A DNA stretch of 64,000 nt from positions 14,469 through 78,468 of the IMG/VR virus record IMGVR_UViG_3300025864_000001; one strand, written 5' to 3'. Source of the stretch: a virus. Below the pieces are notes generated by a model that saw only the letters and a list, made by a program, of their open reading frames with translations, did no database searches and had not been told where the DNA came from. The position numbers were made by a program, and so were the translations under genes. This document shows, piece by piece, positions 48,265-57,288 of the stretch (within the stretch, counting starts at the first letter, position 1; each line of letters starts with the position of its first letter).

Positions 48265-48717
48265 TTAACTTATATAAATTAGGCCAAGGGTGTTCCACTT
48301 TATTGTGCTTGTGCCATTATTGACTACTTCGTTACCGGTTATGTCTCCCGTGAACTCTATCTGGGCCCTTATTTTTGATGTTGCCTGAACACCTGTGTTC
48401 TCAAACAAAATACCAAATTTATAATTCAGCGTGGCTCCGGGACCAATAACCTTATCATCTAAGTCGAGATAATAGTTATACACTCCTGCACTCGGACTAT
48501 GCTCTACCGATATCTTGCCTGAGACAGCCACTCCACCTGTGGTGTATTTACCACCGACATCAGTAATCTCTTTTGCCACAACATCAGATACAAATTGCTG
48601 TGTGCTGGCATTGGGAACATGTGTGCTATTGAGAAGCATGAGATACAATGTCTCCGCGACAAACTTATCAGCGACTTCTTTTTTTACAAACTTTGGAATA
48701 CAACTTAAATTTGCCAT
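48265..48717 (-). CDS. small virion (minor tail-type) protein inserted in the split muzzle locus
   Basis: LMLL...VSDVVAKEI..GKYTTGG..LDLDD..GT.TIKWN..G pattern. Confidence 0.65.
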   Translation of the reverse strand: MANLSCIPKFVKKEVADKFVAETLYLMLLNSTHVPNASTQQFVSDVVAKEITDVGGKYTTGGVAVSGKISVEHSPSAGVYNYYLDLDDKVIGPGATLNYKFGILFENTGVQATSKIRAQIEFTGDITGNEVVNNGTSTIKWNTLGLIYIS

Positions 48718-48729
48718 ATCATTATATTT

Positions 48730-50373
48730 TTATGTCCATCTACCATAAAAAGTTTCATATACACGACCCTCCCCGACCCTGTCAGCATAGAAGGTAACAT
48801 AATCTCCACTGGTGTAATCTCCTGTATAATAGAGTTCAATTTCAGTAGCAGAAAGTATATTATAAACATGTATCCAGTCATTTTCAGATGGCCATAATAT
48901 ACCCCATGAGTCACCAGTTGTGGTTACTGTAATTGTTTTTCTATGACCTTCTCCTGCACCTTCGAAGTTCCATGAAGCAGGACTAATTGAAATTGACAAA
49001 GCAGTACTATAAGTGGTTGTAAGCGTTGCGGTAGTGGAATTTGCACCCGTGCCACCGGTACTATAAGCCCTTACACGATAATAGTAGAATGTATGCTCAG
49101 TTAATCCAATAACATCAGCATTTAGAACAGTGCCAAGAATCTTGCTATCATATCCTGCTACAAACGTGGCAAAATTATCAGTAGACACGTCAAGATAATA
49201 TCCTACTGCCCCTGATACTGCCTGCCATTTAGCCCTGAAACTTGTTGACAAGACATTATCTGCACCCATATTTATTGGCACACCAAAACTCACGTTCTCC
49301 ACGGTTGGAATCATCACCGCCATAGTTAAGGTTATATATCCCGGTTCAGATGTTACTGATACCTCTCCACCACGTTCCTGTTCTTCAAACTTATTGATAG
49401 TCTCAATCAGGAACCACTTGGATGGGTCTTGGCTACTCCTGCCTATGATCTCTATGGCACGTACTTCTTCTCCACCTGAGTTAACCTTTATGTTTAATTG
49501 ATTATTCAGTGAGATCATCTCATTAGCGAGTCCGGTGGCTGTTTCTTCTTCTGCCTGTGGCACGGGAACGATACTTGCAGGAGAAAAGGTACTCTTTCTC
49601 CAATCCATGTACACATAGCGATATGCCACCTGAAATAATGTCTGCCTGAGATTATTTATCTTACGTTTATCATCCGATTCATAACTCACTACTGGCGGGT
49701 GTACGGGTGGCACGGGTTCAAAGTAAAAGTTCTTAACATCCATCGAGTAATACGCATCCTCAATAAGACAAAGCCTTGTCCAATACGTGCCAACATCAAG
49801 TACAAAACTGTCTGTCCTTGGCTCATGTCCGAGATTATTATGAATACGACTCTTGTAGAAGTTATTGCCATTACTGACAATCTGATCAATGCCATAGGTG
49901 TCTATTGCACTCCACTCCACTGTCACCGGATACTGACCATAGCCAATCTTATAATAGAAGGATTTTTTGGCACGTGCGATATCCATCTGATAGATAGGAT
50001 TCAGGTTATCCGTCCACACGAGTCTGCCATGCACCACACGGGCATTGTAAATCTTATGATCTCTGTCAAAGCCAATATCATTGTACTTATCGTAGTACAC
50101 CACTACCTGTTCCCTGGTGTCAATGTTTATCTCTATTATCCATGCTCCTCCAAGTAACGTATCAATATAAAATACATATAGGCATCTCATCTCTGGGTCA
50201 ATGCAATTACCACACAGGAGAATATTTGTGATGTACGAGGGGATATTAGTAGGACTAAGGGTATTGGTGTCCTTAATAAGCCTCACCGACCTGAAATAAG
50301 TCTTTAATGCAGATGTCTTTGTGGCTGCTGCGCTTGTACTTGAAAGGGATAATATCTTTGCGTAATCACTCAT
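48730..50373 (-). CDS. tail muzzle protein, middle part, with a FISUMP C-terminal strand, CBM-like, FN3 and BACON-like domains
   Basis: LVWTDNLNP, FQVAYRYVY.D..S.FSP.S muzzle motifs; FN3 SFRAKWQAVSGA.GY.LDVS..YYYRVRAY; likely start ATG 50373. Confidence 0.75.
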   Translation of the reverse strand: MSDYAKILSLSSTSAAATKTSALKTYFRSVRLIKDTNTLSPTNIPSYITNILLCGNCIDPEMRCLYVFYIDTLLGGAWIIEINIDTREQVVVYYDKYNDIGFDRDHKIYNARVVHGRLVWTDNLNPIYQMDIARAKKSFYYKIGYGQYPVTVEWSAIDTYGIDQIVSNGNNFYKSRIHNNLGHEPRTDSFVLDVGTYWTRLCLIEDAYYSMDVKNFYFEPVPPVHPPVVSYESDDKRKINNLRQTLFQVAYRYVYMDWRKSTFSPASIVPVPQAEEETATGLANEMISLNNQLNIKVNSGGEEVRAIEIIGRSSQDPSKWFLIETINKFEEQERGGEVSVTSEPGYITLTMAVMIPTVENVSFGVPINMGADNVLSTSFRAKWQAVSGAVGYYLDVSTDNFATFVAGYDSKILGTVLNADVIGLTEHTFYYYRVRAYSTGGTGANSTTATLTTTYSTALSISISPASWNFEGAGEGHRKTITVTTTGDSWGILWPSENDWIHVYNILSATEIELYYTGDYTSGDYVTFYADRVGEGRVYETFYGRWT

Positions 50374-50375
50374 AA

Positions 50376-52175
50376 TTAAATATCTCTCATACACCTCACT
50401 GAAAATCCATTATGCTTATTATTATTGTTTTCAATGCAACTAATTAATGTTGACTGTATATCTCTGGTATATGCAGTCGTTCCTGCACTTTGAGGAGTGG
50501 TCCAGTAAGACGATAGTGTATTTATACCACTGAAAGTTCCCACGGTATTCCTCATGCCTCCCCCTACTGCCTTGAAACCAATTTCATCTGAAGCACCTGT
50601 GTTTGGCGTATTCCAATGGATTAATCCCATTTCCTTTAATTTTCCCCCTGCGACACCTGTTCCGCCTAATGCTGCTATTAAAGTATTATAGTCGGTTCTC
50701 GTACCAACTCTCCATCCATTAGATGCTATTCCTAATTGTTGGAATTGCCCATCTGCGGCTAACCCATGAGCATTATTTATTCCATACCAATCATAGAGAG
50801 CACCGTAATCCTTGTTTATTATGTCGTTATTATACCAACAATATGCTCCTATCACATCTGCGGCCCAATCGCCATTAACGTTTAGGTTTGGGACTACCGA
50901 ACCATCAGCATACTTTGTAGTCTTTAGGTTTTCCACGAGCCATTCCTGATTACCAATAATTACAGTATGGTATTCGTTGCCGTCAATATCAATAATTCCA
51001 TCCGGTGCTTCATCTGCCAGCCATAATAATCCTGTACTACCCAATAGATCATAGACAAGATCACTTCCAATAGCTGCACCGTAATAGAGAGAATTATCTA
51101 TAATTAAATCATTACAAAGTTTAGCCGCGCTGGCTGTATGTCCTACCTGATTAATTATTGCTGTGGTATTTGCTTGTCCTGTGCCTATTAAAGTGCCGGT
51201 TCCTGCAAATCCAGAAATAACATTACTCCAGTCAGAAGGAATTAAGTCGTTTAATGCAGCTTCTAAATAATCATTTCCTGATTTCCAAAAGATCAATCCT
51301 CCAGCAGGGCCTATATCTCTTAAATTATAAACAGTAGTTGAAGTAAAGGCACGACAAGGACGGAATCTGTTACTTTCGTTTTTAAATATATTTCCATATT
51401 GAACTCCATCCCCAAAAGATTGAACCCATATTATAGATTCAGATGGGTGTGTTGTTTCTGATGATGTGAGATATAATGTATTTGAATAATCACCCATTAT
51501 ATCATAAAATCCACCAATTCCATGCAAATGGAGTTCAGTATACATTGCATTTAACTCATCCTTTGAAGGAAGGAACCAATCACTATATGAAAAATAAGGT
51601 GAAATAATATCCATCCCAAAGCCTCCTCCTGGCATTGCTTTGAAGCCACTGCTGTCCGTTGCTACTGTGTGCGGATCATCCCACCAACCAATATCTTTTA
51701 GTTTGTCTCCTGCTACTGCCGCACCAAGTAGGTTTAAAATCAGCGTAGTAACTTCTGCTTCTGTCGGTACATGCCATCCCTCTGGACAAAAATCTGATGC
51801 TAAAATCTGATCATGCGTGTATAGTCCTCCAAAGACATCCCTGTTGTTCTCATCATCATTATAGACTTTGCTTCCGGGATAATTGGCATCCCAATTCTTT
51901 TTCATCCAGACTTGATTGCCAATTTTACATTCTAAAAATCCTGAATAGACGAATTGTCCACCAATGGCAGACCCGTAATAAGTTATTGCTGAATCAGGAT
52001 TTATAAGTATTTCGATTTCCGACTGGAGTGTTTCTGCAGGACCTTCGCCATGTTGCTGATCACTGCCACCCGTACGCACGTTTAACGCATCAGGATAATC
52101 CGAAGGCGGAAGATTTGCAGGATTGTCATCTGTGTTCAATCCTCCACGAAAGTCATGTAAGTCTTTCAGTTGCAT
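50376..52175 (-). CDS. muzzle N-terminus fused to FISUMP / permuted DUF1566 / FISUMP domains
   Basis: F.GGLNTDD..L...DY.DALNVR start; IGNQVWM..N, CPEGWHVP, GFSVRCMRD; DWFLPSKDEL, GPAGG. Confidence 0.8.
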   Translation of the reverse strand: MQLKDLHDFRGGLNTDDNPANLPPSDYPDALNVRTGGSDQQHGEGPAETLQSEIEILINPDSAITYYGSAIGGQFVYSGFLECKIGNQVWMKKNWDANYPGSKVYNDDENNRDVFGGLYTHDQILASDFCPEGWHVPTEAEVTTLILNLLGAAVAGDKLKDIGWWDDPHTVATDSSGFKAMPGGGFGMDIISPYFSYSDWFLPSKDELNAMYTELHLHGIGGFYDIMGDYSNTLYLTSSETTHPSESIIWVQSFGDGVQYGNIFKNESNRFRPCRAFTSTTVYNLRDIGPAGGLIFWKSGNDYLEAALNDLIPSDWSNVISGFAGTGTLIGTGQANTTAIINQVGHTASAAKLCNDLIIDNSLYYGAAIGSDLVYDLLGSTGLLWLADEAPDGIIDIDGNEYHTVIIGNQEWLVENLKTTKYADGSVVPNLNVNGDWAADVIGAYCWYNNDIINKDYGALYDWYGINNAHGLAADGQFQQLGIASNGWRVGTRTDYNTLIAALGGTGVAGGKLKEMGLIHWNTPNTGASDEIGFKAVGGGMRNTVGTFSGINTLSSYWTTPQSAGTTAYTRDIQSTLISCIENNNNKHNGFSVRCMRDI

Positions 52176-52954
52176 TAGCGTTTGGGTGCCTGATAATAAG
52201 ATCCATAAACATATTGTAAATATTCTGAAGCAGTAAACTCCTGTTGAAAGTCACGGAGTGCAGCTATTTCCTTATCGTGCTGTTCTTCCAATCTGAATTT
52301 TGCATTAAAAGCCACCCTTGGGTCATTCTCGTCTTTTTTCCACAAGACATAAGTCCTGAGTGCTGCAACACATTCACGTGGGATAAGCGAACCTCCTCCT
52401 ATGCGAAGTCCTGATGAGATGTATTCAAGTACAATTTCTGAACGTGGTGTCTCTCCTGAGAATACCAACTGGTGATTTTCTCTGTCAACTCTGAATCCGG
52501 CAACGTCAATGCCTCCGGGAAGTCCATACAGTCCACCAATAAAAGAGCCGTTACGCCAGTGATCTTGGAAATAGATTGCTCCTGCGACTGCGGTTATATC
52601 ATTGATTGTTGTATTGCCTATTGCCGTGCCATCATCATCGAAAACCCTTGGCAGTAAGATATTGTCATTGCGTGTTATCACTTTGAGACTGCCATTAATC
52701 GGATATCCTATTTTGAGATAATCCACATAATCGGCAGGTAACGCACATGTTTTTCCAAGTGACATGTGAAGATATACGACTTCGGAACCCGCATCGAGAT
52801 GAAAGAGTGATAACTCCTCTGAGAAGCCTTCAATGGCTATCTGTGTAAATCGCATATACTGCTTCATTGTATAGTCCTGCAACCTGTTTAATACAGACAT
52901 CACGACATATCTTATCGTCACAAGCCCTGCTGATTTTGGTATCGCTGTACTCAT
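52175..52954 (-). CDS. tail ring/tubular protein (P22 gp4-like)
   Basis: LPADYVDYLKIG, IVLEYISSG; directly upstream of the muzzle locus. Confidence 0.7.
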   Translation of the reverse strand: MSTAIPKSAGLVTIRYVVMSVLNRLQDYTMKQYMRFTQIAIEGFSEELSLFHLDAGSEVVYLHMSLGKTCALPADYVDYLKIGYPINGSLKVITRNDNILLPRVFDDDGTAIGNTTINDITAVAGAIYFQDHWRNGSFIGGLYGLPGGIDVAGFRVDRENHQLVFSGETPRSEIVLEYISSGLRIGGGSLIPRECVAALRTYVLWKKDENDPRVAFNAKFRLEEQHDKEIAALRDFQQEFTASEYLQYVYGSYYQAPKR

Positions 52955-52956
52955 GG

Positions 52957-53652
52957 CTATTGGTTTTGAGGTTTAATTACCATATCATTTGCGGTGTCGG
53001 GCAATGGTTTTTTACTCATCAGGTCAACTACTTGACGTATGATATTATCTTCCATGCCACTCGGAATTGCCACATCATCATAATCGTCCACAACATCAAA
53101 TGGAGTTATTAACAGGATGTCAACACTCGTTATAAGTGTATCTGGTGCGACGGGTAGTTTTTCAAGCCATAACATATGACTTGGTTCGCCTGCACCGATA
53201 TTGACATTACTCTGCTCAAGTCTAAACGTAGGATAATCATCCATAGTGCTTACTTCCAACTCATCAAAGATAGCATTTGCCGTGGCTTCAATAGGTGCAA
53301 ATAGCCACTGATCTCCAATGGCGCCACCATAATACACAGAACACTCATAATGACTCTTTATCTGACGTATGCTCATCATGTCGGGTAACTGAACCGGTGC
53401 AAATGGCAGCAAGCAATAAGCTCTTGCGCCACACTGATTAACAACTGCGCATACATAAGTCTTGCTCCACGCATCGAGCTGACTGAAGTCACTGAATTTC
53501 TTCCCATTTAGCCACGTGTTGTATATTGCCTGATTGAATACATTGTTAAGATGTTGTTTCACAATCTCAGGATGGTAGATGCCTTTTGAATCCCCGGCAT
53601 TATCCGAACTCATGAAGTCCAATATGGTGTCGACCAAATTTATCTTTTTCAT
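52957..53652 (-). CDS. tail ring protein
   Basis: 231 aa in the ring-gene run; contains YYGGAIG. Confidence 0.6.
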   Translation of the reverse strand: MKKINLVDTILDFMSSDNAGDSKGIYHPEIVKQHLNNVFNQAIYNTWLNGKKFSDFSQLDAWSKTYVCAVVNQCGARAYCLLPFAPVQLPDMMSIRQIKSHYECSVYYGGAIGDQWLFAPIEATANAIFDELEVSTMDDYPTFRLEQSNVNIGAGEPSHMLWLEKLPVAPDTLITSVDILLITPFDVVDDYDDVAIPSGMEDNIIRQVVDLMSKKPLPDTANDMVIKPQNQ

Positions 53653-54350
53653 TGTCCTGTTTGTATTTGCTGATTAGCAATCTGCACCAATTCACCTTCA
53701 CGCAAGTTCACCCCGATATATTTCAAAACCATCATGGTTAATGTAATCCATTCGTCCTGAGTCCATTCAAATGGAATCGAGTTTACTGCATCATACGTCA
53801 CAAATCCATCTCCAAGGGTATATATAAACTCTGGCTCAATTGGAAATCTGTAATAGAAAAAATCCACGGCAGTAATTGTCAGTGGCAGGATGTATATCCC
53901 TGTCCTTCTTACTACCCCGATTGGATTCTGTTCTGTTGGCCTCTTGGTGTAATTTCCATTTCTTGCAGAGAACTCAGCCTCTCGAAGTATCTCTACTGGT
54001 TTTGGAAATATCTCTGCAGCACCTTTTATCGTCTTGGTGTAGCTATAAGATATTGTGTCCCTGTGCGCATAGTCGGTAGGAAATGGCAAAACCCCTGCCG
54101 TAACAGGGGTGTTTATAAGTGCCATCTTAAACGCTTTCAGATCATCGGTGTTTTTTAAAGTAATGTCCGCATATTCATTGGGAACGGGTCGCCCTGGTTG
54201 GTATTCCTCAGGCAGTCCATATTTATTTCGGAAGAGATCAATCGACACGACCTTGATAAGTTCATTAAACCTCTCGGGTGTGATTATATTCCCCGAAAAG
54301 TCTTTATTCGTGATGAACTTTATGAGAGAAAACATATTATCTAAAGTCAT
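53649..54350 (-). CDS. tail ring/adaptor protein
   Basis: NK..SG.ITPERFN...L..Y.GVNLRE..L.Q.A pattern. Confidence 0.65.
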   Translation of the reverse strand: MTLDNMFSLIKFITNKDFSGNIITPERFNELIKVVSIDLFRNKYGLPEEYQPGRPVPNEYADITLKNTDDLKAFKMALINTPVTAGVLPFPTDYAHRDTISYSYTKTIKGAAEIFPKPVEILREAEFSARNGNYTKRPTEQNPIGVVRRTGIYILPLTITAVDFFYYRFPIEPEFIYTLGDGFVTYDAVNSIPFEWTQDEWITLTMMVLKYIGVNLREGELVQIANQQIQTGQ

Positions 54351-54369
54351 TGTCTTTCCTCCTGATTTT

Positions 54370-54858
54370 TTAAAATGTTATTCCGCCACCAAAGAAGAAT
54401 CCGAGTTTAGCAATATCTGTTGGAGGATTGAAGGTATATGTACCGCCAAACTTAAAGTATTCCCAAACATTTATAGCCAAAACAACTTTCGCCTCTGCTA
54501 ATTGTGGATTATAAATAGTCTTACCAAGAGCAAGTCCAAGACTCGCACCGTAATTTTCTACAGGAGTAGGATCAATAACTGATTTTGGAACGTAACTATG
54601 AAATCCTATGGCTGGGCCGATAGCACTAAATGGTGTCGGACTCCATGCTTTAGTGATTTTGTTTTGATTTACTTCCGCAAAAACAATAGTTGCATCAAGA
54701 CGGACAAGTATCTTATGAGTTATCGGTTCTTCACCTAATAACACTTTATAAGCATTTTCCTTCTGAGTAGGAAACAGAGGAACCGTCTTGAATAGTCCTT
54801 GTGAGAATCCTGCAAGTGTAAAACATGCGATAAAAAGAATAACAATTAATTTTTTCAT
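54370..54858 (-). CDS. probable outer-membrane beta-barrel protein
   Basis: Sec signal MKKLIVILFIACFTLAGFS; ends FFFGGGITF (terminal Phe). Confidence 0.55.
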   Translation of the reverse strand: MKKLIVILFIACFTLAGFSQGLFKTVPLFPTQKENAYKVLLGEEPITHKILVRLDATIVFAEVNQNKITKAWSPTPFSAIGPAIGFHSYVPKSVIDPTPVENYGASLGLALGKTIYNPQLAEAKVVLAINVWEYFKFGGTYTFNPPTDIAKLGFFFGGGITF

Positions 54859-54878
54859 AACTTTTTTATATTTAATGT

Positions 54879-55661
54879 TTAGAAACCAAAAATCTTTGAT
54901 AGACAACCTTTCTTCTCAGGTTCAGGTGTTGGAGGTATTGGAGGAACTGGTACTGGTGGGTCGAAAGATTTTTGATCTATCGTAGTCCACAGCTCATATT
55001 GCATACCAAAATCATCATAAGACATGATACAATGACCTGCCTTCCCCCAATCGCTTCCCCATGAGTTCCTGATAATGAATCCTTCTTTATTATAACCACA
55101 TACACAGAGTGCATGACCTCCCAATAGATATTCTCCCGGATTTTTGAACCACATTCTCTCTGTATAATTATAAACAGGGACAGCAATGATACAAGGTCCA
55201 TTACTAAAAAGAGATATTTTCAGATCGTCAATGGTATCAATCGAACCATAATTGCTGATCTTATAAAGAGATGCGTTCATCAGAACTTCAATAGCCGGTA
55301 ATCCTTTTGTTCCATATGGGAACATAGGTTCAATACAATCGCCTTTCTCTTTTAATACCTCCATTAAGTCTCTCATAAACATCCCTTCTTCTGCAGGATC
55401 ATTCCTATTGTTGTAGATGAACTGAGGACTCATGTAATCATTCATATTGACATCAATACGTTCCTGCCACTCTTTCATTGCCGATCCTGCCATAGCTGCA
55501 CAGGAACCTTGATTACCTTGATCACGAATAGGAAACATCATTGACCGGTAATCAACAATCTCCGGTAATGCTACTTTAGGATAAATAGCAGATACCTTCC
55601 AGTCCCTTTTATCTCCGGGACTTGGAAGGACATTCAATTTGTATTGTGAAAAATCTTTCAT
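54879..55661 (-). CDS. papain-family (C1) cysteine peptidase
   Basis: RDQGNQGSCAA, GGHAL, IRNSWG. Confidence 0.9.
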   Translation of the reverse strand: MKDFSQYKLNVLPSPGDKRDWKVSAIYPKVALPEIVDYRSMMFPIRDQGNQGSCAAMAGSAMKEWQERIDVNMNDYMSPQFIYNNRNDPAEEGMFMRDLMEVLKEKGDCIEPMFPYGTKGLPAIEVLMNASLYKISNYGSIDTIDDLKISLFSNGPCIIAVPVYNYTERMWFKNPGEYLLGGHALCVCGYNKEGFIIRNSWGSDWGKAGHCIMSYDDFGMQYELWTTIDQKSFDPPVPVPPIPPTPEPEKKGCLSKIFGF

Positions 55662-55686
55662 ACTGGAAGGTATTTGCCTGGTTAAT

Positions 55687-56055
55687 TTAAAGAGATAATT
55701 TTGTAATTTGTTTCGATTGAACAGCAGGTGCAGAAAGGAATGTTGTTACAATATAAGTAAGAAATATACCTCCCACGACCTTTAAAAGAACCAACCATAC
55801 TATTTTCCCTTCAATAGCAATTAGTCCAATAGAATCAACTATTCCAGCACCAAGAGCAACAAGTAATCCTGATACGATTTTTGTTATTGTAGTTGTAGCA
55901 GTAACAAAAAGAATATTCTTTCCTACATACCCTATTAATACGGATACTGCAGCAAGAAAGAAATAAGCATAATCAGGATTTGCCTGACCTAAGATTGTTA
56001 GGATTGACGAAACGAGTAGCATCACTAATCCTTTCCAAAACTGTTGACGTGACAT
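55687..56055 (-). CDS. holin-like multi-pass membrane protein
   Basis: four hydrophobic helices, adjacent to the endolysin. Confidence 0.55.
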   Translation of the reverse strand: MSRQQFWKGLVMLLVSSILTILGQANPDYAYFFLAAVSVLIGYVGKNILFVTATTTITKIVSGLLVALGAGIVDSIGLIAIEGKIVWLVLLKVVGGIFLTYIVTTFLSAPAVQSKQITKLSL

Positions 56056-56103
56056 AATTTTACGTTTTAGTTAATAATTACAAAGATACTAAATATCATA
56101 ATA

Positions 56104-56619
56104 TTAAAATTTAGTGTTTTCAATTCTATCTAACCATCCGACAAGAAAAATCTGCATGTGAGGTTTCGTTTTCGCAAGAGCACAGTAATATTTTTTACGT
56201 TCTCGTTTGTAAAGATCAACAAGTTCTTCAGGTTCAGGATAATTATTAATTAATTTTCTGGTGATAGGTCCTATAATTCCATCAGCTTCAGCTTTTACAA
56301 GTCTCTGAATCATCCTTAATGCGGTACGAAACTCCCATTTAATATGACGGGTGTTTACTCCCATATCAAATATCTGAAGTACTAAGGTTTCATCATGAAT
56401 ACCAAGTAGGTTCATTTTATTCCAGTAGTCTTCATGATAAATCTCAATTGCCTGATTACGTGTTAAGTTCTTAATATCAAGATCCGGATAAAACAATCGG
56501 GCTATTCCCATGTTGGTTTCACCACCCGGATCATCTTTATTCCAAACATATCCGCCTTCATTTTTCAGAATGACTTCGATACATTTCATGAATATCTGTA
56601 TGGTACTGAATTTACTCAT
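56104..56619 (-). CDS. GH108 endolysin (lysozyme)
   Basis: EGGYV..KDDPGGETNMGI, FDMGVN, DGIIGP.T, GWLDR. Confidence 0.92.
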   Translation of the reverse strand: MSKFSTIQIFMKCIEVILKNEGGYVWNKDDPGGETNMGIARLFYPDLDIKNLTRNQAIEIYHEDYWNKMNLLGIHDETLVLQIFDMGVNTRHIKWEFRTALRMIQRLVKAEADGIIGPITRKLINNYPEPEELVDLYKRERKKYYCALAKTKPHMQIFLVGWLDRIENTKF

Positions 56620-57251
56620 TTAGTCTTTTTTATAGTATACCTCAGACTGTCATTAGTAGAAAAATATCTTATTATAGTTGAGTCTGGAAGTGCGATAAAT
56701 TCACCACGACTATTCATAACAAATGGAATACCTTGATTGTCTACTTTAGTTTCAATGTTAACTTGCTTCTCATTGATTTTTGTAAATCCAAAATATAACC
56801 CTCCCCATAATGATACTACTGCAATCACAGCCATTACAATCCATATTACACGTTGCCAATTATCACTTTTTTTCCTTGCTTTCAGATTATATAAAACCAA
56901 TTCTCTATCTTCGCCTTCCCTTTTTATCCTTGCTTTAAGATCATCAGCTATCAGTTGCTTTTGCACAGCTTCCTCATGACCCGCTTCTTCTGCTTTAAAT
57001 ATTTCAATCGCATGTGTTGCGGTACCGGCGGATTCAATAGCTTTTTTAATATCTGTTTTTATATCTGAAATGTCACTAACAACACTTTTATGGTCCTTCA
57101 TAAATTCATTGAATCGAAAGGCAAGCCCATCTTCCGGGTGACCATTACCAATAAGTATTAAAGTCATTCGATCAATAGCTTTTTTCTGTGAACACTTATG
57201 AATATATACAGGCTTCCGACCCGGTTTCTTTGCTATTACCATATCATCCAA
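56616..57251 (-). CDS. membrane-anchored coiled-coil protein (holin/antiholin candidate)
   Basis: single TM helix, coupled to the endolysin start. Confidence 0.5.
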   Translation of the reverse strand: MDDMVIAKKPGRKPVYIHKCSQKKAIDRMTLILIGNGHPEDGLAFRFNEFMKDHKSVVSDISDIKTDIKKAIESAGTATHAIEIFKAEEAGHEEAVQKQLIADDLKARIKREGEDRELVLYNLKARKKSDNWQRVIWIVMAVIAVVSLWGGLYFGFTKINEKQVNIETKVDNQGIPFVMNSRGEFIALPDSTIIRYFSTNDSLRYTIKKTK

Positions 57252-57288
57252 ATTTTATTACTATCCATATTTTGTTGGAGTAGGTCAT

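Noticed and set aside
50376-50480. Diversity-generating retroelement target (Asn-rich FISUMP C-terminus)
   Set aside because: No reverse transcriptase or template repeat seen in this window; one could still lie outside it.
48263-51000. Self-splicing introns or inteins rejoining the muzzle fragments
   Set aside because: The inserts are fully coding adhesion domains with no intron core or intein termini that I could recognise, and each fragment has a closely coupled restart codon.
52615-52635. DGTAIGN in the ring protein as a further YYGxAIG copy
   Set aside because: It lacks the tyrosines and the downstream aromatic residues.
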